From an uncultured Lachnospiraceae bacterium (GTDB taxonomy: Bacteria; Bacillota; Clostridia; Lachnospirales; Lachnospiraceae): a DNA stretch of 29,759 nt. A program made the translations under genes and the position numbers. The stretch lies in contig CADBBS010000003.1 of assembly GCA_902793045.1 (NCBI GenBank), positions 1-29,759 on the forward strand, read 5' to 3'. A model generated the notes under the pieces. That model worked only from the letters and a program-made list of their open reading frames with translations, was not told where the DNA came from and searched no databases. This document shows, in pieces, positions 1 through 7,757 of the stretch; position 1 is the stretch's first letter; every line of letters begins with the position of its first letter.

Positions 1-196
1 GGGAGGCTGAGCGAGGTGAAACCGAGCGAAGTTTTAACTAAAATCCTCAAAATTTTGGCATAAATAGAGAGATATTTATGACTATTTTTCTACTCCCTCC
101 GCTCCGCTCCGGTCGTACTTTTCCTGCCTTTTTAACTCTTTTCTACACTAGGGGCTTCGGCTAAAGAATAAGTAAAAGAGGGAGTTGAATTAAAAA

Positions 197-317
197 GTGT
201 GTGATAGTGTCCGTTCTCTGTAAATATTGATGTGTATAGTAGTGATTATAAATGATAGATAGGAATAATAGAGATAATAAGAATAAATAGTATAATATCC
301 CCTATACCCCTAGAGCG
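197..317 (-). repeat. Copy 1 (inverted orientation) of a ~121-bp three-copy element
   Basis: The reverse complement reads CGCTCTAGGGGTATA, then an AT-rich core with TATTTATTCTTATTAT, then ACATCAATATTTACAGAGAACGGACACTATCACAC. Both ends match 23723-23844 and 28169-28289. Confidence 0.8.
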
Positions 318-386
318 ACCTTGACATAGAGACATACTTACGTGTTTCATTCCCTCCGTTCAGTTCCTTCACTCCGGTCATTACAC

Positions 387-418
387 AAAAAATAGGAGGC
401 TTTGTTAATTTAGCCTCC
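387..418 (-). terminator. Intrinsic terminator candidate downstream of 448..723
   Basis: 7-bp stem GGAGGCT (395-401) / AGCCTCC (412-418) with a 10-nt loop. On the minus strand it is followed by TA plus T6 (plus-strand A-run 387-392). Confidence 0.6.
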
Positions 419-447
419 CTCACTCTTGTCTCTTTAGTACTTTCGCT

Positions 448-723
448 CTACTCGATAACTTGGTAATTTAAGATTAGTGTTTGGTGTGTTTGATTACCTT
501 TGAACCAGTCTAGGAGTAGTAGTACATCGTTTATCAGCAGTACCTTTCCATCCTCCAAAAATTCGGTTCTTCTAGTTAGCTCTTTCCTCACCGTCTTTAC
601 CTCTCGCTTAGTTAGGTTTTTCTCCATGCTAAGTCTGAGTTCTTTCTCTGAGTGCTGATATTTCAAGTCACTCTTAATTTTCTCTACAATAAATGTCACT
701 AAGGTATCTAACTTACCTTCCAT
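448..723 (-). CDS. Hypothetical protein (91 aa, charged and helical)
   Basis: Co-oriented ORF at the end of the late gene block, followed by a terminator hairpin. No recognisable motif. Confidence 0.45.
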   Translation of the reverse strand: MEGKLDTLVTFIVEKIKSDLKYQHSEKELRLSMEKNLTKREVKTVRKELTRRTEFLEDGKVLLINDVLLLLDWFKGNQTHQTLILNYQVIE

Positions 724-782
724 AAATCGACTGCAAAGGTACTAAAAATTTTTGATATATGCAAATTTTTGGGCAAGAAAAT

Positions 783-1184
783 TCAAAAAATCTGCAAAAT
801 TATAGGGTCTTGGGCTGATTTTAGTATTTTCATCAGTCTTTCTAGGGTTTTTCTGCTGTTCAATACCTTCCCCTTAGCCTTGTTTTCACCTACCAAGATA
901 CAGCCCTCAGAATCATCAGCTGTGTTCCCTGCATGGATTCTAATACCCTTGAAGAACTGAACATTTAAGACTTCGGGTAGGATTTTCTTGAACCTAGGTG
1001 AGTATGTTAGTTTGACCTGATAAACTCCTTCCGGTATAGCTGTCTTTCCGTACACCTTATCTTCTAGTGTGTTCAGCTCTCTCACTCTATCTTCTAGTGT
1101 ATTGCTGAACCACTTACCATCTATATAGAGGTCTCCTATTGTGTAGTCCTCTTTCTTATATCTCCTAATCAAAGTTAATTTCAT
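783..1184 (-). CDS. DUF5675-type protein, candidate cell-wall hydrolase or endolysin
   Basis: 133 aa. N-terminal MKLTLIRRY..DYTIGDLYIDG and core GIRIHAGNTADDSEGCILVG (His..Gly-Cys), which I recognise as the DUF5675 pattern. The H..GC core recalls YkuD-type peptidoglycan enzymes. It lies at the distal end of the late operon near a holin-like ORF. Confidence 0.55.
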   Translation of the reverse strand: MKLTLIRRYKKEDYTIGDLYIDGKWFSNTLEDRVRELNTLEDKVYGKTAIPEGVYQVKLTYSPRFKKILPEVLNVQFFKGIRIHAGNTADDSEGCILVGENKAKGKVLNSRKTLERLMKILKSAQDPIILQIF

Positions 1185-1689
1185 AGCCGTAAATGTTTCT
1201 TAGTCCTTTTTGTAGTTTGTTCTTGACTGTATGATAATTGAGGTTGTACTTTAATGCAAACTCTTTTATACAGCCAAAAGTCTCTCCAGTAGTAATGCAA
1301 GTAATCTTCTTAGCCTTTGGGTTCTTTTCCATGCTGTTATCCTTATGTTTTCCGAGAGACCCAAGTGAAGCGTTAGTATGTCTGTCTAACCATTCAAGAT
1401 TTTCCAGTCTGTTATCCTGTTTATTTGAGTTGATATGGTTCACCTCTAGCCCTTCCACTCTACCTAAAAAAGTTTCTGCTACTGCCCTATGTATATAAAC
1501 CGTATGACCTTTATCTGCTTTACTTAGATTCACATACAAATAGCCGTTAGTTCCTACATTAGGCTGTAACACTTTTCCTTTGAAGAACCAAGTACCTCTA
1601 GCGGTTTCTATAGTTCTGTCAATACTTCTAATCTCACCACTATCGCTAACCTGATAGTAGCCTTCAAAATTCTTAATGTCTTTCCACAT
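1165..1689 (-). CDS. HNH homing endonuclease (NUMOD4 + HNH_3 type)
   Basis: 174 aa. N-terminal MWKDIKNFEGYYQVSDSGEIRS is a NUMOD4-like module. HNH core is YIHRAVAETF...VNHINSNKQDNRLENLEW. C-terminal TGETFGCIKEFALKYNLNYHTVKNKL looks like an HTH-like module. Confidence 0.85.
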   Translation of the reverse strand: MWKDIKNFEGYYQVSDSGEIRSIDRTIETARGTWFFKGKVLQPNVGTNGYLYVNLSKADKGHTVYIHRAVAETFLGRVEGLEVNHINSNKQDNRLENLEWLDRHTNASLGSLGKHKDNSMEKNPKAKKITCITTGETFGCIKEFALKYNLNYHTVKNKLQKGLRNIYGYEINFD

Positions 1690-1902
1690 AGTTAATCAAA
1701 ATTTTAAGGTTTAGTTATTGTCTTCTACTTAATATATAGGTGTTTAGGTCTTCTAGTTAAAAATAGAAGGATAAGTTACCGTAAAAGGGAGACCTACAGA
1801 ATCTCTCCATAGACCTCCCTCTTACTTACATAGGACACGGCAATAAAACAAGCAAAGTCCGTATCTCACTATATTATGAATGACGTTAAATATATTACTT
1901 TT

Positions 1903-2163
1903 TTATTCTACACTATTATCTGCTTCTTTTCTCTTTCCTCTCGCCTCTTCTCTGATTTTGGCTAGTTGTATTCTAGTAAACTCTCCAATACCAAATACGC
2001 TACCGAAGAAAGTTAGAAATTCACCCGTTGCAGCTAATACAGAACCATCAATCTCTCCTTCGGGTGGGACTGTGAAACCTGCTATACACAATCCCACACC
2101 TGCTAGGAAAGCAATCACAGCAGCAGTCCAGATAATAGTAGTTCTAACTGCCTCCACTGACAT
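1903..2163 (-). CDS. Putative holin (two hydrophobic segments, charged C-terminus)
   Basis: 86 aa. Hydrophobic segments TTIIWTAAVIAFLAGVGLCIAGF and SVLAATGEFLTFFGSVFGIG, then KIREEARGKRKEADNSVE. AGGAGGG lies upstream of the ATG. It follows the fibre genes and precedes the DUF5675 gene. Confidence 0.45.
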   Translation of the reverse strand: MSVEAVRTTIIWTAAVIAFLAGVGLCIAGFTVPPEGEIDGSVLAATGEFLTFFGSVFGIGEFTRIQLAKIREEARGKRKEADNSVE

Positions 2164-2181
2164 TTTACTGTCCCTCCTTTA

Positions 2182-2442
2182 TTATTCTTCGTTACTTGGG
2201 TACGGTTGGTCAGGAATTACGCCCAATCTAGTATAAATCTTTTCCTCCAACGCAAGTAGTAAATCTTCTACTTCTTGTTTAGTAAATACTTCCTGAGTTG
2301 TAGGATAAGAATCTAGAAGAGTAGTAACCTCTGACTTAGTATATACGGAATTTGCGTCCGCTTTACCTGCTAGGTCATGTGATTTCAAATTATTATAGAA
2401 AGCACTAAGGTTATCCAAGCTAATTAGTTTATCCTCGTTCAT
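2182..2442 (-). CDS. Small fibre-related protein
   Basis: 86 aa. N-terminus MNEDKLISLDNLSAFYNNLKSHDLAGK parallels MALNDKLITYGNLSTFYDNLKSHDLADK of the 392-aa fibre. Confidence 0.5.
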   Translation of the reverse strand: MNEDKLISLDNLSAFYNNLKSHDLAGKADANSVYTKSEVTTLLDSYPTTQEVFTKQEVEDLLLALEEKIYTRLGVIPDQPYPSNEE

Positions 2443-2460
2443 AGTTAGTATTTATTTTAT

Positions 2461-3639
2461 TTATGCGAAAAGTGCGTTAATATCAGCGGTTGTAGCAGTT
2501 TCAAAAGTAGCAGAGATTGTACTACCGGTAATGGTAATGTTATCTCCTGCTGTTAATGTGTCCTGCTTACCATCAACCTCATCTTTAGTTGCTACTGCCT
2601 TAAACTCATAACCGCCCTCTAGTCTGTGAAGGATTACATCATGGCTAGCAGCTAAGTTACCATTTAATAGAGTTTGAACCTGCTCTACTGTTTTGGTGGT
2701 AGAATAAACTCCAGTGCCTTCATTGTAAGTAACATCTAAATCTAAGTCCTCTGCTCCAAGGAAGGATGACAGATAAGGTGTTTCCATCACTTGGTCGGTG
2801 CAAGATAACTTGGTGAAATAGTTACTGTCTTCTGTGTACCATCTATAAGCCGTTACAGTACCATTAGAACACTGAATATTTACCGCTCCTTTGTACATAT
2901 AGTCCCAGAGCACCCATGCGTCCTCTACGTAGAAGTTGAAGTAAGCATTGTCAATTTGGTTTGCGTCGCTAGGAGTACTACCACCGTTCACTGACATGTA
3001 AACTTTCTCATCAGTACTTAGGCGATAGAACTTAGTCTTATTCTCAGCAGCAGCGGGTAAAGTATCAACTGCAACAATAGCGTCTGAATCTTCTGCGCTC
3101 AGTACACCATCCCAATCAATACTTAAATTAGCACCAACCTTAATACCACCGAGAGTAGTTGCAGAGGCTTGTGGTAGTTCATAATTCTCTAGACCTGCCA
3201 ACTTAGTCTTTTCTGCGGTCGTGTAATTATTATCCGTGTGAACATAATTAGCGTCCTGTACTAGATTTTGTGGTTTATTCTTAATGAAAGCGTCAGAGGA
3301 ACTATCAGAAACATTCCAGTCTGCTTGTACGTTCACTTCTGCACCTGCTGCTATACCTGCGAGTTTATTTTTCTCAGCAGTTGTGTAGTTATTGTCGGTG
3401 TGTACATAAGAAGCGTCTTGAACGAAATTTCCATCATTAGTTAAGTCAGTAAGCTTAGTAGGAATCTCACTAGTTTTTGCATATTCTGACAAGTCCACCG
3501 AAATTTCACCATTCTCATCAATGGTAATGTTATCTCCGGCAGTTAGTTTATCCTGCTTATCGGCTAAGTCATGCGATTTTAAGTTATCGTAAAACGTACT
3601 TAAATTACCATAGGTAATCAATTTATCATTTAATGCCAT
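2461..3639 (-). CDS. Tail fibre protein
   Basis: 392 aa. Internal duplicated motif VQDA(S/N)YVHTDNNYTTAEK(N/T)KLAG(I/L), typical of phage fibre repeats. DKLTAGDNITI motif at both ends. C-terminal TATTADINALFA is shared with the 179-aa ORF. Confidence 0.75.
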   Translation of the reverse strand: MALNDKLITYGNLSTFYDNLKSHDLADKQDKLTAGDNITIDENGEISVDLSEYAKTSEIPTKLTDLTNDGNFVQDASYVHTDNNYTTAEKNKLAGIAAGAEVNVQADWNVSDSSSDAFIKNKPQNLVQDANYVHTDNNYTTAEKTKLAGLENYELPQASATTLGGIKVGANLSIDWDGVLSAEDSDAIVAVDTLPAAAENKTKFYRLSTDEKVYMSVNGGSTPSDANQIDNAYFNFYVEDAWVLWDYMYKGAVNIQCSNGTVTAYRWYTEDSNYFTKLSCTDQVMETPYLSSFLGAEDLDLDVTYNEGTGVYSTTKTVEQVQTLLNGNLAASHDVILHRLEGGYEFKAVATKDEVDGKQDTLTAGDNITITGSTISATFETATTADINALFA

Positions 3640-3662
3640 AATTATAAATTATTAAAAGGTTA

Positions 3663-4202
3663 TTACGCAAATAATGCGTTAATCTCAGCCGTTGTTGCAG
3701 CTTCATCTCTTGTGTAGTAATTGGTTAAATCAATATCTACAGCTTTATTTTCTATAGGAAGAGCAGAACCATTAACCTTTACGCTCTCAATCTTATTAAC
3801 TTGTGCTCCTGTTTCAATACCACTTACTTTTTCTGCAATAGGTTGTACAAGTGCATCTACTCTACGTGCTTCATCTAGTACCTTTTCATCTACGTAGCTT
3901 TTCTTAGCATACTCAGAAAGGTCAGTTGAAGCAGCAGAGATTACATTGTTTTCATCAATCGTAATGTTAATACCTGCTGTGAGTTTGTCCTGTTTCTCTT
4001 GGTCTAACTCTTCTATAGTATTATTTATACCCTCTATATCCGAGTTGATATTTGTTATCTCGGTACTTATATCATCTATCTCTTGGGTATGTGAATCGTC
4101 GTTATCGTTGAGGGTATTGATGGTCTCCGTTATAAGGTTCACATCATACGCTAACAACTCTTCACCATCCTGATAGTTAGTTCTCAACTTAGTCTTTGCC
4201 AT
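3663..4202 (-). CDS. Tail fibre or fibre-associated coiled-coil protein
   Basis: 179 aa. Heptad-like TEITNINSDIEGINNTIEELDQEKQ, then DKLTAGINITIDENNVISA, LSEYAKKSYV and C-terminal AATTAEINALFA. These modules are shared with 2461..3639. Confidence 0.65.
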   Translation of the reverse strand: MAKTKLRTNYQDGEELLAYDVNLITETINTLNDNDDSHTQEIDDISTEITNINSDIEGINNTIEELDQEKQDKLTAGINITIDENNVISAASTDLSEYAKKSYVDEKVLDEARRVDALVQPIAEKVSGIETGAQVNKIESVKVNGSALPIENKAVDIDLTNYYTRDEAATTAEINALFA

Positions 4203-4214
4203 AGTGCTATAGTT

Positions 4215-4685
4215 TTAAGATAATATTGCAGGAAGATTCATTCCCAGTACCCAATTTATAGTTAAGCTGTCATAGCAAGTACCTAGAGAGCTTTCTGTGG
4301 TTAGGTCTATTGTTGTATATACTCCTGCCAAATAGTCTGCGAAATTCTGCTCAAATGGTGTATAGATTATGTCCCCTGCTATTTCTACGTTACTAGCCGT
4401 ATTGATTAGGTTAATAACAGATTGAAGAGCATTAACACCATCTACATATATTTGGTTAGCGTTCGTTCTATCTTGGAGAAGTCTATCACCGTAGTATAAC
4501 ATTAGCGTATAAGTAATTAGATTGTTACTATACGAAATGCTTTGGAGACCTACATTAAAACTTCCATACTTAATTTCACTACTATTCCAGTTAGTATAAA
4601 CATCACCGTCAAAAGCAGATTGAATTAAGTTTTGAGATAGAGCGATTTTCTTAATCGTGTCTATTAGTTCAACTACATTGCTCAT
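4215..4685 (-). CDS. Virion-associated protein, tandem paralog B
   Basis: 156 aa. Collinear similarity to 4669..5088, e.g. IQSAFDGD.Y.NWNSSEI.YGSFNV, YYGDRLLQD..NANQIY.DG.NALQS.INL, FADYLAGVYTTI.LTTE. GGAGGT lies upstream of the ATG. Confidence 0.6.
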   Translation of the reverse strand: MSNVVELIDTIKKIALSQNLIQSAFDGDVYTNWNSSEIKYGSFNVGLQSISYSNNLITYTLMLYYGDRLLQDRTNANQIYVDGVNALQSVINLINTASNVEIAGDIIYTPFEQNFADYLAGVYTTIDLTTESSLGTCYDSLTINWVLGMNLPAILS

Positions 4686-5088
4686 AATCTACCTCCATTT
4701 CTGTGGTTAAGTTTATAGTAGTGTAAACTCCTGCTAGATAATCAGCGAAAGTTTGTATAAAGGGTGTGTATCTAATATCATCTTCAATCTCTACATTACT
4801 TGCTCTATTCAGTAAGTTAATGATTGATTGAAGTGCGTTAATGCCATCAGTATATATCTGATTAGCATTAGACCCATCCTGTAACAACCTATCACCATAA
4901 TACAGGACTAAGGAATAAGTAGTTAAGTTTCCATTGTAAGTTATATCTCTAAGGCTTACATTAAAACTTCCGTACCTTATTTCAGAGCTATTCCAATTAA
5001 GGTAAGCGTCTCCATCAAAGGCAGATTGAATTACTATTTGGTGTAATGCAATCCTTTTTATAGTTTCCATTAGTTCTACACTGCTCAT
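4669..5088 (-). CDS. Virion-associated protein, tandem paralog A
   Basis: 139 aa paralog of 4215..4685. AAGGAGG lies upstream of the ATG. It overlaps the downstream paralog by 17 nt. Confidence 0.6.
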   Translation of the reverse strand: MSSVELMETIKRIALHQIVIQSAFDGDAYLNWNSSEIRYGSFNVSLRDITYNGNLTTYSLVLYYGDRLLQDGSNANQIYTDGINALQSIINLLNRASNVEIEDDIRYTPFIQTFADYLAGVYTTINLTTEMEVDYEQCS

Positions 5089-5098
5089 AACTACCTCC

Positions 5099-5617
5099 TT
5101 ATCCTAAAAATATTCCTGTATTATATGCACCCTTATTAGAAGGCATATCAGCGCAAGAATCTATTTTCAAGTATTCCGGATATTTGGAGTTATTAGCTTT
5201 AAGGTAGTCACTTAATCTAGAACCATAGAAGTTAGCTTTATTCTCATAGTTCTGTATTAAGTACTGTATGTCACGTAGAGAGGGGTTATAAACATTCTCT
5301 CCTGTCAAGCTTACTACACCTTGATTACGTAGTTTGAACACCAAGGATAATTGTACATCAGCTACTACCTTATTTTCTAAGAACGGTGTAATGTATTCGT
5401 CTAATAGTTTCTTGTAATCGCTATTTTCATCTTTTGCTATATCACCTGTAGCTACTAAGTCTTTTAACCTATTAAAAAGCTTAGAACCTATTAGTGGTTG
5501 TAGTCCCATATCTTGCGCTACACGAATGGCAGGTGCAATATATGAGTTATCTACATTGTTGTTTAATATAGTGCGACTTTTTAAGGTCTGTTCACTTATA
5601 AGAAAAATCTCTTTCAT
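5099..5617 (-). CDS. Putative gp6-like head-tail connector or adaptor
   Basis: 172 aa. N-terminal pattern ISEQTLKSRTILNNNVDNSYIAPAIRVAQDMGLQPLIGSKL resembles the K.hL.i....D..i..lI.aA...i....G..l signature of head-tail connector proteins. It lies immediately downstream of the portal gene. Confidence 0.4.
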   Translation of the reverse strand: MKEIFLISEQTLKSRTILNNNVDNSYIAPAIRVAQDMGLQPLIGSKLFNRLKDLVATGDIAKDENSDYKKLLDEYITPFLENKVVADVQLSLVFKLRNQGVVSLTGENVYNPSLRDIQYLIQNYENKANFYGSRLSDYLKANNSKYPEYLKIDSCADMPSNKGAYNTGIFLG

Positions 5618-5630
5618 TGCTTAGCCCTCC

Positions 5631-6695
5631 TTATTCTTTAATGTCTAAGTTAAATGGGATAAAGCTGATTGAATCGCTTATACCAAATATCCTGTTAAAT
5701 ATTCTTTGTAGGTCTCTTTGAATAGGCTGTACAGTAGTTTTATTGTATAGCTTAAAAGCAGAATCGTACTCTTGCTGATTAAAACCTACATTCTCTAAGT
5801 CATATCCGAATAATTGTGGGATAGCTCTAAATGCAATGAAGATTTCTTTATAAGTGTCTATTCTAAGATTCTCGTACTTCTTATCAAAGTTATCGTCTTG
5901 TATTCTCTCAACTGATACTCCGTTTTCTTTGGAATCGTTGAAGGAAATCATAAACTTCCCTGCATTGTCTGCACCTCCAAACTTAGCCTTAACTTTTCTC
6001 TCTATCTCTTCCTGTACTTCGGGAGATGGAGCACCGTTGTTAAAGTTAATAATGAAGTTGCCTGAGAAGTTGTTTAATATGCTGTTAAGATGGAATTTTG
6101 AGATTTCTGTACTAGTCTCGATTGCATGTAACGCACCACTATAAACAGGAACAGGATAAACACCTCTTGTGATATGTCCTTTGAAGTAGAACACACTTGA
6201 CTTTTGTTTTACATCCGGATTAAAGATGTCATAAACTATATAGTCATTAGCGTGTTTAATCCAATCATCTGAATAGTATGCTTTATCTCCATCTTTGTTG
6301 AGACGTACATTACGAAAATCTAACCAATAGATTTCACTAATTTCACCAAGCTTGTTATTGATAATCTGTAAGGCAAAGCCTCCGAAAATCATGTAGTCTA
6401 GAGCAGCCTTTTTAATTATATCTTCTAGAGTTTCACCGTCTTTATTGGCATACTCAGAAATCTTTTTTACCGTGGAATTCTCATTGTAAGTAATCCCATC
6501 GCCTAACACATAATTCTGTGTTCCAGTTATTATCGACTGTAACAAAGCGCTCCTAAGATACAAATCCCATAAGTATTGCGGAAATCTATTATCATTTCCA
6601 TAACTTAGATACGGTCTGTTTGTATCTTTCTCAACAAAGGTAGGAACCACTTTAGCAGTCGAATCATAAATACCGAATCTTAATTTCTCATCCAT
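5631..6695 (-). CDS. Portal protein (HK97-type portal family pattern)
   Basis: 354 aa. YPVPVYSGALHAIETSTEISKFHLNSILNNFSGNFIINFNNGAPSPEVQEEIERKVKAKFGGADNAGKFMISFN matches the conserved core pattern of phage portal proteins (..NG..p...i.f..g.p.eE...i......f.G..NaGK). Confidence 0.65.
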   Translation of the reverse strand: MDEKLRFGIYDSTAKVVPTFVEKDTNRPYLSYGNDNRFPQYLWDLYLRSALLQSIITGTQNYVLGDGITYNENSTVKKISEYANKDGETLEDIIKKAALDYMIFGGFALQIINNKLGEISEIYWLDFRNVRLNKDGDKAYYSDDWIKHANDYIVYDIFNPDVKQKSSVFYFKGHITRGVYPVPVYSGALHAIETSTEISKFHLNSILNNFSGNFIINFNNGAPSPEVQEEIERKVKAKFGGADNAGKFMISFNDSKENGVSVERIQDDNFDKKYENLRIDTYKEIFIAFRAIPQLFGYDLENVGFNQQEYDSAFKLYNKTTVQPIQRDLQRIFNRIFGISDSISFIPFNLDIKE

Positions 6696-7023
6696 GATAC
6701 TGTATTTTGCTTTCTAAGTTAAAAGTGTTATTAACTACATCCTCACTATCATACGTTCCAATCACAATCAAGCCTACTTCCAAGAGGGTGTCATACTTTC
6801 CAATAAGTTTGTAAGTATATTCACCATCCGGAATACTCAAAAGCTGTTGACTGTCTAAATCGAATTTATAATAGAGTGGTTTAGTAGAAATATTACCACC
6901 ATTCTCAACTATAGTAACATCATCAGAAACAGGAGAAGAGATTGTGAGAGTATATTCTCCATCAACCTTAAATGAATGTCTTGGGACATTTATATAGGTT
7001 TTGTGTTTACTTAGATATATCAT
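6688..7023 (-). CDS. Hypothetical small beta-rich virion protein
   Basis: 111-aa co-oriented ORF between structural genes. It overlaps the portal start by 8 nt. Confidence 0.45.
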   Translation of the reverse strand: MIYLSKHKTYINVPRHSFKVDGEYTLTISSPVSDDVTIVENGGNISTKPLYYKFDLDSQQLLSIPDGEYTYKLIGKYDTLLEVGLIVIGTYDSEDVVNNTFNLESKIQYHG

Positions 7024-7057
7024 AGTTTTTTCTTAATTAGGTATATATACAGTGAAA

Positions 7058-7097
7058 GAGGGTATTAAATAAAGTTATTCACTCATCTAATGCCCTC
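7058..7097 (-). other. Hairpin downstream of 7134..7670
   Basis: GAGGGTATT (7058-7066) / AATGCCCTC (7089-7097): 9 positions with one T.G pair on the plus strand, which is A.C on the minus strand. 22-nt loop and no clean U-run. Confidence 0.3.
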
Positions 7098-7133
7098 CTT
7101 CTGTATATAAAAATGATTGAAGTTTAATCTTTA

Positions 7134-7670
7134 TTAGATTACTGGTGCCGGATCTGCAATAGGAGTGATGTCAGTTTCAGCAACCTCGTATGGAAGCTCA
7201 GCCGAAGTATCAGTTAAGGTAAGCTCATAATGGTTAGCGTCCGAAAAAGCCGTACCAGTAGTAGCCGTACCTGCTGAGCACTCTACGTAGTTATCTTTAC
7301 CGAGATACCAGTATTTATCATTGGCGTCTTTTACGATTACTACAACGGAGCCCATCATCAGACTCATAATCTCCATACGCTTAGTCGTTTCTATTTTCAT
7401 AAATTGAAGAGTAACCTCATTTGTGAAGTATGAAGTACTAGTTTCGCTAGTATTGAGTGTGCTAGTTAAGCTACCAGTAGATTTCATAAGTTTGTAAGTT
7501 TTGAACTTCTTACCAGTTACCATAGTTGGAGTAAGCAGGTGAGAAGTTGCATCTACTGACGTGCTAGCTACATCTTCATACGGTGCGATTAGAACTTCTT
7601 TGATACCTCCAAAGGAAGCCTCTTTACAAGCGTTATTCAAACCGCTTAATGTAATTGAAATACAAGCCAT
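7134..7670 (-). CDS. Putative major tail or other abundant virion protein
   Basis: 178 aa, S/T-rich and beta-type. It lies directly after the capsid gene and is bracketed by hairpins. The N-terminal ..C.E.SFGGIKEVLIAPYEDV pattern is one I associate with phage tube-like structural proteins from memory only. Confidence 0.35.
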   Translation of the reverse strand: MACISITLSGLNNACKEASFGGIKEVLIAPYEDVASTSVDATSHLLTPTMVTGKKFKTYKLMKSTGSLTSTLNTSETSTSYFTNEVTLQFMKIETTKRMEIMSLMMGSVVVIVKDANDKYWYLGKDNYVECSAGTATTGTAFSDANHYELTLTDTSAELPYEVAETDITPIADPAPVI

Positions 7671-7700
7671 AGTATCAAATAGTTTTAAAGGTTTAAAGGT

Positions 7701-7733
7701 GGAAGGGTAATCTTTTTATTAGACTACCCCTCC
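7701..7733 (-). terminator. Strong hairpin (attenuator or terminator candidate) after the capsid gene
   Basis: On the minus strand, GGAGGGGTAGTC / GATTACCCTTCC form a 12-bp stem with two G.U pairs (A.C on the plus strand, so minus-strand RNA is favoured) and a 9-nt loop. The 3' tail is only moderately U-rich. Confidence 0.5.
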
Positions 7734-7757
7734 TCGGATATATGTTATGAAGAAAAA

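Noticed and set aside
4669-4685. Frameshift or fusion of the two paralogous ORFs 4669..5088 and 4215..4685
   Set aside because: Each paralog is full length with its own strong ribosome-binding-like site and ATG, and the similarity restarts at residue 1 of the second ORF. This is a tandem duplication, not a split gene.
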